Below, piece after piece: positions 17,876 to 27,918 of a stretch of 64,000 nucleotides of DNA. The translations under genes and the position numbers were made by a program. The notes beneath the pieces are model-generated. The model worked only from the letters and a program-made list of their open reading frames with translations, did no database searches and was not told the DNA's origin. Numbering within the stretch: position 1 is the stretch's first letter; every line of letters starts with the position of its first letter. This stretch comes from an uncultured Candidatus Saccharibacteria bacterium. Its GTDB lineage: Bacteria; Patescibacteriota; Saccharimonadia; CAILAD01; CAZGYV01. Location of the stretch: the NCBI GenBank assembly GCA_964530725.1, contig CAZGYV010000001.1, positions 15,829 through 79,828 of the forward strand. The letters are read 5' to 3'.

Positions 17876-19327
17876 CTATTTAAGCTTGGCGATGACACTG
17901 TTTAGGCGGCTGATTGTCTCATCAGTGCCAAGAACTGCGATTGTCTCAAACAGGCCTGGGGCGGCCGTCTTGCCGGTGATAGCGACTCGTATCGGGTAGA
18001 ATAGCTGGCCGGCTCCTACACCAAGCTCTTCGGCTAGTTGGCGCAAACAAGTCTCGATGGCGGTAGTGGTTTTGCTCTTGCATTCGCTTAGAGTAGCAAC
18101 GGTGCTAGATAATATATTCAACGTCCCTGGTTGGTCGCTTTTAGCGCAAACTAGCTCGATCATCTTTGATTTCACCTTCGGAGCTTTAAAGAAAAACTCC
18201 AATGCGTCGGGGCTTTGAGAAAAAGTTTTGATGCGCTCGCGCTCTAGAGCGGCTGCTCTCTTGATGTAGTCTTGGTTATGACTGGCGACATCAATATTAG
18301 CCTTTTCGAGCTGCTCAATAATTTTTTCCAAATAAGCTTGGTCGCTAATGACCTCGCGAATATAAACGCCATTCATCCAGTTAAGTCGGTCGCGGTCAAA
18401 TACTGCCGGACTTTTTTGAATTCTATCAACTGCGAATTTGCTTATTAGTTGGTCGAGTGAGTATATTTCTTGCTCGCTGCCATCGTTCCAGCCGAGGAGG
18501 GCTAAAAAGTTAATCAAAGCCTCCGGCAAGTAGCCTGCTTGCCGGTAATCCAATACATCGGTGTCGCCGCTGCGTTTAGATAATTTCTTGCCATCACTGC
18601 CATTGATGACCGGCAAATGAATCCACTCCGGTCGCTGCCAACCAAGCAAGTCATAGAGCATCGCGTGTTTGGGTGTGCTGGCGATAAATTCATCGCCGCG
18701 AATAACGTGACTAATCTTCATCTGATGATCATCGACCACGTTAGCAAAGTTGTAAGTCGGGAATCCATCGGCTTTGACAATAATAAAATCGTCAATGATG
18801 TCGTTATTAACCTTGAATTCTCCCCTGACCTCATCGCGCCAAACAGTACTGCCGGGGCCTACTTTGAGCCGGATGGGCAGATTGCCGCCTGATTGCTGAC
18901 TACTTGTCGGCTCCATCGCATGACGATAGACAAATGGCTTGCCAGCTGCAATGGCAGCTTGGCGTTTTTTGTCAAAATCTTCTGACGTAATTCGCGAATA
19001 ATATGCCTGGCCGCTATCCACCAATTGCTCGGCAATCTGCCGGTAGTTACCGAGGCGTTCGGACTGGACATAAGGGCCATGGGCGCCTTTATGGTCGCCA
19101 AGCCAATAGCCCTCGTCTGGCACGAGGCCGAGCCATTGCAGGCTGTGCTGGATTTGTTCAACTCCCGCTTCGACGAATCGTTCCCGATCGGTGTCTTCGA
19201 GGCGTAAAATAAATTCCCCGTCGTGATGACGGGCAAACAAATAGTTAAATAAGGCCGTGCGGGCAGAGCCGACGTGCATCATGCCGGTCGGGCTGGGTGC
19301 GAAACGAACTCGAACCTTTTGCTTCAT
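17876..19327 (-). CDS. gltX: Glutamyl-tRNA synthetase
   Basis: RFAPSPTGMMHVGSARTALFN (HIGH region), KLSKR (KMSKS-type) motif, 483 aa. Confidence 0.9.
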   Translation of the reverse strand: MKQKVRVRFAPSPTGMMHVGSARTALFNYLFARHHDGEFILRLEDTDRERFVEAGVEQIQHSLQWLGLVPDEGYWLGDHKGAHGPYVQSERLGNYRQIAEQLVDSGQAYYSRITSEDFDKKRQAAIAAGKPFVYRHAMEPTSSQQSGGNLPIRLKVGPGSTVWRDEVRGEFKVNNDIIDDFIIVKADGFPTYNFANVVDDHQMKISHVIRGDEFIASTPKHAMLYDLLGWQRPEWIHLPVINGSDGKKLSKRSGDTDVLDYRQAGYLPEALINFLALLGWNDGSEQEIYSLDQLISKFAVDRIQKSPAVFDRDRLNWMNGVYIREVISDQAYLEKIIEQLEKANIDVASHNQDYIKRAAALERERIKTFSQSPDALEFFFKAPKVKSKMIELVCAKSDQPGTLNILSSTVATLSECKSKTTTAIETCLRQLAEELGVGAGQLFYPIRVAITGKTAAPGLFETIAVLGTDETISRLNSVIAKLK

Positions 19328-19355
19328 TCAATTATTATAGCCGATAATAGTAATT

Positions 19356-19685
19356 TTACAGAATGCCAGTTGGCTCTATTTCCAGCCAAGTGCCGCCTTC
19401 TTTGCGAAAAAGCAGCACCTTACTGGTCGTCTCAGTTGGGTCGTAAATATTTTCAATTCGCTGGGCGCCGCCACTGCGATGGTAATGGGTTTTTTTGTCG
19501 GCAACCCGTGGCCTAGTAACGCGTTCAAACTTATATTCCGTGCCGCTGCGCTCAAAAACTACGCAAGTCACGGTCTCTTCTAGTTCGTGAGCGTCAGACA
19601 AGGCGTGTTTATCAACTTTGTGTGATAGAATACCGTATTTTTGATCAATGACGTCAAGCAGCTCTTCCCAGGCGCGGTCGCTCAT
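19356..19685 (-). CDS. Hypothetical protein (109 aa), start overlaps stop of upstream gene (ATGA)
   Basis: Coupled to 19682..22225; no recognisable motif. Confidence 0.45.
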   Translation of the reverse strand: MSDRAWEELLDVIDQKYGILSHKVDKHALSDAHELEETVTCVVFERSGTEYKFERVTRPRVADKKTHYHRSGGAQRIENIYDPTETTSKVLLFRKEGGTWLEIEPTGIL

Positions 19686-22216
19686 AAGCTCGTGGCGATC
19701 TTGATTATTTGGTCTTGAGTTAGGCCGTGCTGATTGCCCTCTAAGCGGTACCAGTTGCCATTATTAATCCAGCTAGCTTGATTGTTGCCATACATGTAAA
19801 TTGTAAGCCCTTGGGCCTGCAGAGCTAAATACTTACTGGATTTTGGCGTAACGTAGTTTTCGGCCAGAGCTTGGGAGTCCCAGTCTGTCTTGGTGGTTAC
19901 GACGTCAATTTTACGCTTGTTGTTGTCGCCTTTAAGGCTGTAGCTAACGAGCCCAGGCGAGGTTTTGATATTGCTACCTAGCTGCCAGCCGCTTGGAATA
20001 TAGCCTGGCATACTGGCATTGATACCTGCTTTGCCGGCTGCCACTTTAAACGCCAGATTAGGGTAATTTACTTGCCAGACATAGACGCCGACCAAAACTA
20101 GCCCGACGACGCTGAGCAACGCGCTGCTGGCTGTAAAGCTGTGGCCGATTTTAGCTGGCGACGTTTTGGATTTTTCGGCCGCGCGCTCATGCACTAGCTT
20201 GAGGGCTTCTTCTTCGGTCAGCGGCTTATTTTCGAAATCAACTTCTTCTTTGGGTGGCTCGACTACCGGGTAGTTAATTTGATGGCTTGGCTTGTAGGCC
20301 GCGCCAGGAGTAATGCCATCGGGTGAAGTTGGCAGTACGAATGGTGTTGAAGCCTTGGGCGCGTTGCTTGCCTGGTTCGCCGGAGCTGGTTGTTCGACAG
20401 GCTTAGCTGGAATAATGTCTAGTGATCGCAAACCGCCCGATGGACCTGATACAGGCATTGGCTGTGGACTTGGCTTTGGCTGGGCGGGCTTGAGCGCAAT
20501 TGATTCTTGAGGCTTGCCTGGCTCTGCTTGCGATTGAGGTTTTTGGTTGATAGTGTCAACCGAGCCTGTGCCAGGCTTACTGACTACCTTAGTGGATTCA
20601 AGCTGTTTAAACTCTTCGTCGCTAAATACTGGCTCATCGTCAACATCAAGCGATGCTATTTCACTGCCAATATTCTCATGTGATTCCTTGGCTTGGGTAT
20701 CAGCTGCTGTCGGACTGGGTGCGGTAGCAGCATCGAGCGCGTTGATCTTTGCTGGCTCTAATTCTTTGGTATCCTTAACGCTAGCTTGACTCGGCGAAAC
20801 ATTTTGCGCGCCCGTGATATCGGACTTGGGTTGTACTTGGGATCCAGATTGTGTTGGCGTAGTTTGCTTTGAGCTTACCGGCTTGGCCGTGCTAGTTTCG
20901 ATTATTTTCGCTAAGTCATCAAGAGCTTCCTTGGCACTTTGGGCTGCAGGCAAGCTAACTGGTTTAGTGGTGGCTACAGGCGAAGAAGCTGCAGGCATTG
21001 GCATTGGGTTGTCCGTAGGTTTAGGTGCTGTTTGTGGTCGCGAATCAATCTTAATCGGCTCGGCGGACTGAATGGGGGTGGAGCTAGCTAAGTCACTAAA
21101 GGTAGTCGACGCCGGGCCATTGTTTTTAGTTGGTACTGTTTTTGTTGCCGGGCTAGCTAGTGGTGGCGAGGAGGTTACTTCGGTTTTTGGTGTGTCACTC
21201 GCTTTCGTTTCAATAGCTTGGGCTTGCGGAGCCGTGGTGCGAAATTTATTGACGAGCTCTGATTGAGGGACGGCGGCAGCTTTTTCTAGGCGCTGTTGGC
21301 GGGAGGGCACTGTAATTTGAAAATCTCGCCGCTCCAAATGTTTAGCTTGTTCTGGTGGCTGGCTAATGTTGACTGTGCCGCTGGCTACTGGTTTAGAGTT
21401 CGGTTCGATTGACTTTTTGCCACTGGCAACCTCTTCGACGACTCGTGAGATGCGCTCGCTCGGAATTGGCTTGACTGCTTCTATCACAGCACTTTCTATT
21501 AGAGCACGGTCATCAATGGTGTTAGGGGATTTTTTAGCCGGCTCTTTTGCCACACTTTCCTGGGTATCGCCGGAAACGTCACTTCGTCGCGTTTCAATAT
21601 CTCCTATTGGTGAATGCGGAATTATTGGCACCAAGGGCTTATTATCATCCGGCACTGGCAGGTTACTGGCTAGCTCTCGCGTAGTTTTCTGAGCTAGTTT
21701 CTCGGCGATTTCTTTGACTATGCGATCGTTTTTCTTGTGGCTGGCAATGACAGCTTGATCAATATTTTTAAACGTCTCAAGTTTATCATTGAGGTTGTCA
21801 ATTTTTTGCATGTTACTAGTTTGCGTGGCTTTAGCTGGAGTAGCTATGCCGGACTTTGGCTGGACAATAGGCTTACTTATCGGTGTGACGGGCTTAGGTG
21901 GAATCGGAGCGGCTTGATGATGGACGGGGTTAACCGGCGGCTTTACGGGCGGCGGAGGCGGCGGTACCGTGGCTTTTTGCGGCAACGGAATCTCTACTTT
22001 GGACGGATTGGGTTGAGTAACTAGAGGTATATTGTGTGTCGGCTGTTGCGGCACTTTTGCCACAGGTAAAACTGATGAGACCGGCTTAGCCTCTTCTTTG
22101 ACCTCTGGACTTGGTTTTATACCACCTGGCTGCCAGGGGGTGCCGCAATTAGCACAAAAAACCTTGCCAGCAATTACAATCCTATCTTTTTCTTCGCAGT
22201 CTGGACATTGAACCAT
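19682..22216 (-). CDS. Zinc-ribbon membrane protein with ~600-aa Pro/Thr/Ser-rich disordered region and C-terminal extracytoplasmic domain
   Basis: N-terminal CPDCEE...CANCG zinc ribbon, long PxP low-complexity, TM helix LLSVVGLVLVGVYVW near C-terminus followed by ~150-aa globular domain; first ATG at 22216 (track GTG at 22225). Confidence 0.55.
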   Translation of the reverse strand: MVQCPDCEEKDRIVIAGKVFCANCGTPWQPGGIKPSPEVKEEAKPVSSVLPVAKVPQQPTHNIPLVTQPNPSKVEIPLPQKATVPPPPPPVKPPVNPVHHQAAPIPPKPVTPISKPIVQPKSGIATPAKATQTSNMQKIDNLNDKLETFKNIDQAVIASHKKNDRIVKEIAEKLAQKTTRELASNLPVPDDNKPLVPIIPHSPIGDIETRRSDVSGDTQESVAKEPAKKSPNTIDDRALIESAVIEAVKPIPSERISRVVEEVASGKKSIEPNSKPVASGTVNISQPPEQAKHLERRDFQITVPSRQQRLEKAAAVPQSELVNKFRTTAPQAQAIETKASDTPKTEVTSSPPLASPATKTVPTKNNGPASTTFSDLASSTPIQSAEPIKIDSRPQTAPKPTDNPMPMPAASSPVATTKPVSLPAAQSAKEALDDLAKIIETSTAKPVSSKQTTPTQSGSQVQPKSDITGAQNVSPSQASVKDTKELEPAKINALDAATAPSPTAADTQAKESHENIGSEIASLDVDDEPVFSDEEFKQLESTKVVSKPGTGSVDTINQKPQSQAEPGKPQESIALKPAQPKPSPQPMPVSGPSGGLRSLDIIPAKPVEQPAPANQASNAPKASTPFVLPTSPDGITPGAAYKPSHQINYPVVEPPKEEVDFENKPLTEEEALKLVHERAAEKSKTSPAKIGHSFTASSALLSVVGLVLVGVYVWQVNYPNLAFKVAAGKAGINASMPGYIPSGWQLGSNIKTSPGLVSYSLKGDNNKRKIDVVTTKTDWDSQALAENYVTPKSSKYLALQAQGLTIYMYGNNQASWINNGNWYRLEGNQHGLTQDQIIKIATSL

Positions 22217-22274
22217 ATGAAACACGCTTATGTATGCACTTTTATTATAGAAGGAAAAGTTGTAAGCGTAAAGA

Positions 22275-23117
22275 TTATTTTTGCCGCTTGGCTGCTAAAT
22301 AAACCAGCCAAATAAATCGCGGTATAGCAAACATGCGAGTGATTCGTCTAGGCTGGATCATAAACCGCCATAGCCACTCCAATCCACTCCGGCGCATAAA
22401 AACCGGCGCTCTTTTGATACTACCGCCGAGTTGGTCATAATCAAAGCTGCCGCCCTCACCTATCATGATTCGAGCTAGTCCCGCGTCTTTGTGTTGGAAA
22501 ATAAATTTTTCTTGAATCGGGAAACCGCGAGCGACGAAGAGAATATCGAGTTTCGACTCAGCTACTTTCTTGATAATATTTTCTTCTTCGGCCTTATCGA
22601 AAAATCCTGGCCAGACATCAATTAAATTTAACCGCGGAAAAATTTGCCCTAAAGCTTGCGCAACAGCTGGCGTTCGCTCGGGTTTGCCAGTGATGATGCC
22701 AACGCGCCATTTTTTGTCGCTAGCCAGCGCGAGCAGCTTTTTTGTCACGTCCACACCCGCGCCGCGCTCAACGATAATTTGTTCGCGCCATTTTTTATTT
22801 TGTATGTCAATCAAAAGACTCTTAATTAAGCTAAAGATTGTTTTTTTCGTCTTCGGCGCACCATACAAAAAGCTAGCCGCCCACTGCAGTGAGACGCCAT
22901 CCGCTAGGCATAAATCAGCTTGATTGATGATATGCGCTAGGCCATGGTTGTCACTGGCAGCCGTCATGAATTCGACATAGGGCTTAATTACATAGATAGT
23001 TTTTTTATTATTAGACTGCAAGTGGTTTTCAAAATATTCAAAAGTATCGCGGACAGTCATCAGGTCGCACTCGATCCCTAAAATATTGACCTTGTCGTAT
23101 TTATTTTGCTTTGACAT
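22275..23117 (-). CDS. tagA: WecB/TagA/CpsF family glycosyltransferase (N-acetylmannosaminyltransferase-like)
   Basis: C-terminal RAPVFMRRSGLEWLWRFMIQPRR motif and overall ~280 aa size characteristic of the family. Confidence 0.7.
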   Translation of the reverse strand: MSKQNKYDKVNILGIECDLMTVRDTFEYFENHLQSNNKKTIYVIKPYVEFMTAASDNHGLAHIINQADLCLADGVSLQWAASFLYGAPKTKKTIFSLIKSLLIDIQNKKWREQIIVERGAGVDVTKKLLALASDKKWRVGIITGKPERTPAVAQALGQIFPRLNLIDVWPGFFDKAEEENIIKKVAESKLDILFVARGFPIQEKFIFQHKDAGLARIMIGEGGSFDYDQLGGSIKRAPVFMRRSGLEWLWRFMIQPRRITRMFAIPRFIWLVYLAAKRQK

Positions 23118-24237
23118 CTTGGCTCGCTACTCGTTCACAATGTTTTTTCAGCTCTTTAGCAAATATTTTTTGGTCGAATTTTTTCGCTTGTTTGACGAAA
23201 ACTTTTTTATCAAACGCAATGCCCTCAGCTTTTTCAATCGCCCAATTTAGGGCCTCAGCTGTCGCATTGTCAAAAAATACACCGGTTTTCATGTCAATAA
23301 CAGTCTCTCGAACACCACCTTCATTCAAGGCAATTACGGGCGTACCGGCAGCCATCGCTTCGACCGGCGTAATACCGAAATCTTCCACGCCTGGAAAAAT
23401 AAAGCTCTTAGCAAGGCGCAATAACTCAACTTTGCGAGACTGGCTGACACGGCCGACAAAAGATATATTTGGGGCTTTTTTTGCTAACTCGCGTAGCCTT
23501 AGCTCGTCCGGGCCACTGCCGGCGATGACGAGCGGCTTTTTATTGTGAGCAAAAGCTTCGATTGCCAGCTCAATATTTTTGTACTGGCTTAAAACTGACA
23601 ATATTAAGTAAAAATCTTGCTTGATAGTTTTGTATTGGCCATCAAAAAGTTCGGTCGCGACTGGCGGATAGACCACTACCGCTTCGCGCCGGTAGTATTT
23701 TTTTATTCTGCCGGCGATGTACTTGCTATTAGCAATAAATAAATCAACATTCTTCGAGGCCCGATAGTCCCATAGCCGCAGGTCCGACACTAGTTTGCTA
23801 ACAAAATATTTACCAATCGGACCGAGCTTAAAGCGACCGACCGATTGCGTATCAAGATATTTTGGCCAACTGTCCCAAAGCATGCGCGCCGGACTGTGGC
23901 AGTAGCAAACGTGCTTGGTGTTTTTACCGACATTAACGTTCTTAACCCAAGCGGTTGAGCTGGAAATTACCAAATCGTAGCTGCTTAAATCGATTCTATT
24001 GACGGCTCGCTTAATAAACGGCAGTAGTAGTTTAGGCTGTCGCTTCAAAAAGTCAGGTAGGTTTTGCAAGCTACTCGTCCTAACCCGCCGGCCGCCTAAA
24101 AAGTTACCAAATTTCTGATAATCACAAATTAGCGCGTACAGATCTGCTTCGGGGTAAATTTGCGCTAGTTCAAAAAAAACTGCCTCCGCACCGCCTATCT
24201 TGGTATTTAGCCAGTCATGGATGATAGCTACCTTCAT
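23101..24237 (-). CDS. Glycosyltransferase family 4 (GT-B, retaining)
   Basis: EDFGITPVEAMAAGTPVIALNEGG (E-x7-E region), N-terminal KVAIIHDWL. Confidence 0.8.
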   Translation of the reverse strand: MKVAIIHDWLNTKIGGAEAVFFELAQIYPEADLYALICDYQKFGNFLGGRRVRTSSLQNLPDFLKRQPKLLLPFIKRAVNRIDLSSYDLVISSSTAWVKNVNVGKNTKHVCYCHSPARMLWDSWPKYLDTQSVGRFKLGPIGKYFVSKLVSDLRLWDYRASKNVDLFIANSKYIAGRIKKYYRREAVVVYPPVATELFDGQYKTIKQDFYLILSVLSQYKNIELAIEAFAHNKKPLVIAGSGPDELRLRELAKKAPNISFVGRVSQSRKVELLRLAKSFIFPGVEDFGITPVEAMAAGTPVIALNEGGVRETVIDMKTGVFFDNATAEALNWAIEKAEGIAFDKKVFVKQAKKFDQKIFAKELKKHCERVASQDVKAK

Positions 24238-25523
24238 GCCCGCCTGCCATGGTGAATGCCCAAGATCGCAAATAGCACGATCGCTAGCGTACTGTCGCTA
24301 AAACTATGCAAAAACATGTTGGTTGAAGCCAGGCCAACTATACTGGCGAATAAACTAATGCTAGCCAGATTTTGGCTGCTTAGGCCCTCGCGTAGCAACG
24401 AAATCGCATTAAATCCTAAAAAGGCCAGGAACAGTATTAAGCCAACCAGCCCAATCTCGATCGCGATCTGCAAGTACCAGTTCTCGGTAATGAGTGATTT
24501 AGCGGCGTAATAACTCGCCGGACCGGCGGCGCCCAGCCCCTTGCCTAAGGGGTTTTCGACTACTGTGGCGACTCCGCCCTCGAGTGACTTAAGCCTAATC
24601 TGGTCAGAACCTTTGAGCGTGTTATCGCTGCAGCTGCCGTGCAATAAGTAATATTGGACGATGTTATTGGGGTTGCAGAAATTGCGGCTTGTCACAAATA
24701 GCAAGCCTCCAGTCAGGGCTATCACGACAGCAATGATTATTTTTGGCCGCCAAGATTTCTTAACGCCTAAAAATACAGTTACAAGGATGGCCAAGGCCGC
24801 TCCCAGCCAAGCGCTACGTGAATAGGTCAAATACAAACCGGTAATTAAAGTAGCTAAAATCATGGCTTTTTTCGTATCAAATTTATCGACTAATCGCCCC
24901 GTCACCAAAGTTATTGGTAATATCAGATAGGCACCGAGCTGGTTTGGCCCTCCGAGGGAGGAAAAAGCCCGTCTTACCATGGTGGCGGAATCGACATATT
25001 GAGCCGGTATAATGGTGGTTTCGTTGTAGCCAAGTGTCCTTAACATTTCAGGCGTGATCGCGAAGCTTTGTAAAATAGCTAGTAGGGCCACGATTAAGGC
25101 CGGCCAGACCACCAAATTATATACTTTTTGATCATTGAATCTTGAAGCGACGACCTGTGCCACCACGAATATTACTAGTGGCATTAAGTCTGTTTTGATA
25201 CCAAAAATAAAGGCTGTCAGCGAGCCGAACCTTATCAGGCTGACAGCTAGTGCCAGGACAATGATAGCTGCCACTAGGTAATTGACGCGGTCGAGCTTTG
25301 GCCTATTGCCTGGGTGTTTAAAGATGTAGAAGGCGCCCACCGCGGCTATTACTAGAGCCACTATCTCCTTCCAGGCCTGCCAGACAGGACCCATGCGCGA
25401 AAGACTGCCCAGGTAAGTCGTAAAGAAAGCATGAAAAGGCATCAGAGCTATCAAAACGACTAAGCCGCCGTAGATGATTTGTTCGGCGGATATTTTTTTT
25501 GTCATGATTGATCTAATTTTCAT
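24234..25523 (-). CDS. O-antigen ligase/polymerase (Wzy_C) family membrane protein
   Basis: ~12 TM helices with central periplasmic loop containing TYSRSAWLGAALA motif typical of O-antigen ligase-like proteins. Confidence 0.6.
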   Translation of the reverse strand: MKIRSIMTKKISAEQIIYGGLVVLIALMPFHAFFTTYLGSLSRMGPVWQAWKEIVALVIAAVGAFYIFKHPGNRPKLDRVNYLVAAIIVLALAVSLIRFGSLTAFIFGIKTDLMPLVIFVVAQVVASRFNDQKVYNLVVWPALIVALLAILQSFAITPEMLRTLGYNETTIIPAQYVDSATMVRRAFSSLGGPNQLGAYLILPITLVTGRLVDKFDTKKAMILATLITGLYLTYSRSAWLGAALAILVTVFLGVKKSWRPKIIIAVVIALTGGLLFVTSRNFCNPNNIVQYYLLHGSCSDNTLKGSDQIRLKSLEGGVATVVENPLGKGLGAAGPASYYAAKSLITENWYLQIAIEIGLVGLILFLAFLGFNAISLLREGLSSQNLASISLFASIVGLASTNMFLHSFSDSTLAIVLFAILGIHHGRRA

Positions 25524-26533
25524 CGGTTTGAGATAACGCTGCGCATGTATTCGTCTAGGTTTTCCAGGGCGATGCCGGTACCCTTGGCCACGCAGAGCAG
25601 CGGCTCCTCGGCCACATAAGCCGGTACACCAGTCACCTTGGTCATCAGTTTGTCGATGTTGCGCAGCAAGCTACCGCCACCTGTCATCACCATGCCGCGG
25701 TCAATAATGTCGCTTGAGAGCTCAGGCGGAGTCTGCTCTAAGACCACCTTGACGGCCATGATGATCTCATCTAGCCGATCGTTGATCGCCTCGGTCACCT
25801 CGGATGAATCAAGGCTGACTGTCTTGGGAAGACCGGCAATCATATCGCGGCCGCGAATTTGCATTTGCATCGGCTTATCAAGCGGCATGGCCGAGCCAAT
25901 TTTAATTTTAATCTCCTCGGCTGTCTGATCGCCGATTACGAGGCCGTACTTGCGGCGAATATAGTCGCTAATGGCCTGATCTATCTTGTTGCCACCCACC
26001 CGCACGCTATTTTGAGCCACAATCCCGCCCAGCGAGATAATTGCTACTTCGGTCGTGCCGCCACCGATATCAACGATTAAGTTGCCTGCTGGAGCGGCGA
26101 TTGGCACGTTGGCGCCGATCGCGGCGGCCAGTGGCTCGCGAATAATGTGAGCCTTTTTAGCACCAGCGGCCATAGCCGCATCGATGACAGCCCTTCTCTC
26201 GGTGGAGGTGACACCGGCCGGTATGCTGATCATTAACTCCGGCCTACTTAAGCGAAAGCTGCCCGACACTTTGTTAATAAAATGCTTCAACATGGCTTGG
26301 GTGATACGGTAATCAGCAATCACGCCGTCGCGCAGCGGCCGGTTGGCAGTAATAATATCAGGTGTGCGACCGAGCATTTCTTTAGCTTCATTGCCAATCG
26401 CTACAATCCGATTATCATCGACACTAATAGCCACCACGCTCGGCTCATTAGCTACAATCCCTTTTTTCGGCAAGTAAACCAAAATATGAGCGGTTCCTAG
26501 GTCAATTGCGATTTGTTTTTTGAACATCGACAT
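25520..26533 (-). CDS. mreB: Rod shape-determining actin homologue MreB/Mbl paralogue
   Basis: IAIDLGTAHILVY, VDIGGGTTEVAI, MVMTGGGSLLRNIDKL actin-fold motifs. Confidence 0.85.
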   Translation of the reverse strand: MSMFKKQIAIDLGTAHILVYLPKKGIVANEPSVVAISVDDNRIVAIGNEAKEMLGRTPDIITANRPLRDGVIADYRITQAMLKHFINKVSGSFRLSRPELMISIPAGVTSTERRAVIDAAMAAGAKKAHIIREPLAAAIGANVPIAAPAGNLIVDIGGGTTEVAIISLGGIVAQNSVRVGGNKIDQAISDYIRRKYGLVIGDQTAEEIKIKIGSAMPLDKPMQMQIRGRDMIAGLPKTVSLDSSEVTEAINDRLDEIIMAVKVVLEQTPPELSSDIIDRGMVMTGGGSLLRNIDKLMTKVTGVPAYVAEEPLLCVAKGTGIALENLDEYMRSVISNR

Positions 26534-26570
26534 TACTAAATATTACCAATTTATTGCTGTTTTCTCTATC

Positions 26571-27842
26571 TTAAACTAAGACTGGCGCACTTTCGCGGTA
26601 CATATTAGCGCCCAGTAAGCGCAATCTCTCGTCGAAGTTCTCATAGCCTCGATCGACGTGCTCAACTCGGTCGATGATAGTTTTGCCCTCAGCGATCATG
26701 GCGGCGATCAAAATAGTGGCCCCGGCTCTGATGTCAAAGCTAATTAGCTCAGCACCAAATAATGGCGTCGGGCCAGATATTACGCCAGTATGAGCGTCTT
26801 TGATAGCGACATGCGCCCCCATGCGCTGCAATTCAAACAAGTATTGCAATCTACCCTCGTACAGAGTCTCAAAAATCTCCGAACTGCCGTTGGCTTGAGT
26901 TAGCAAAACAGCTAGTGGTGCCTGTAAGTCACTAGGGAAGTTGGGATAAGGCTGGACTTTAATTTTAACTGGTCGCAACGGCCCCTTTTTGGGCTTGATG
27001 TGGATAGTTTTGCTATCTGGCAGGTTAAAATTAACACCAATTTCAGCAAATTTTGTCAATAAAGCGTCGTGATCATCGGCTATAAAATCGTCAATCACTA
27101 CATCGCCGTCACTAGCCGCGGCGGCAATCGCTAGCGTGCCGGCTTCAAGCTGATCTGGGCAAATTGTCCACTCGCCGCCACGCAGCTTTTTCACGCCTTC
27201 AATCGTCAGAACGTGACTGCCAATACCGGATATTTTAGCGCCGATATGATTGAGAAAATTGCACAAATCTACGATATGAGGCTCGGTTGCCGCCATCCGC
27301 AGTTCGGTTGTGCCGCTGGCGAGTACTGCTGCCATAATAATGTTTTCAGTGGCTGTGACCGAGAGATCGTCCAGTACCACGCGGCTAGCTTTTGGTGCGC
27401 CCAGTAGTGCAACCAAGCCTTCCTTGTGCGTCACTTTTACCCCCAGCGCTTCGAAGGCATGAAAGTGAGTATCAAGCGGACGAGCACCGATAATATCACC
27501 CCCTGGCTCGGCTACTTTTATCTTGTGTAGTCGACCAATTGCCGCTCCCATTATCAAGACTGAAGCTCGCAGCTTGGAGGTTAGCTTGCGGTCGATTGTG
27601 GAGGCTGATACTGAGCGAGCCGTGATGTTCAACATGCCATTCTCATAGGCGATGTCGGCCCCTAGTTCCTTTAATATATCAACCATCACCCAAACATCGG
27701 TGATTTCTGGAACATTTTTTAAGTATACTGGTCGCTCGGATAATAAGCAGGCGGCAATAATCGGCAGAGCCGCATTTTTACTGCCTGCCACCCTAATTCG
27801 TCCCTCGAGCCGAGTTGGCCCCTCGACGATTAATTTAGCCAT
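26571..27842 (-). CDS. murA: UDP-N-acetylglucosamine 1-carboxyvinyltransferase
   Basis: MAKLIVEGPTRLEGRIRVAGSKNAALPII..., conserved EPSP-synthase fold length 423 aa. Confidence 0.9.
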   Translation of the reverse strand: MAKLIVEGPTRLEGRIRVAGSKNAALPIIAACLLSERPVYLKNVPEITDVWVMVDILKELGADIAYENGMLNITARSVSASTIDRKLTSKLRASVLIMGAAIGRLHKIKVAEPGGDIIGARPLDTHFHAFEALGVKVTHKEGLVALLGAPKASRVVLDDLSVTATENIIMAAVLASGTTELRMAATEPHIVDLCNFLNHIGAKISGIGSHVLTIEGVKKLRGGEWTICPDQLEAGTLAIAAAASDGDVVIDDFIADDHDALLTKFAEIGVNFNLPDSKTIHIKPKKGPLRPVKIKVQPYPNFPSDLQAPLAVLLTQANGSSEIFETLYEGRLQYLFELQRMGAHVAIKDAHTGVISGPTPLFGAELISFDIRAGATILIAAMIAEGKTIIDRVEHVDRGYENFDERLRLLGANMYRESAPVLV

Positions 27843-27918
27843 ATTTTCGTATCAATACCTATGTTTATTTAATGTTGTGTTAACAAATATCTTACAAATC
27901 ATTATAATCTAATGAAGT

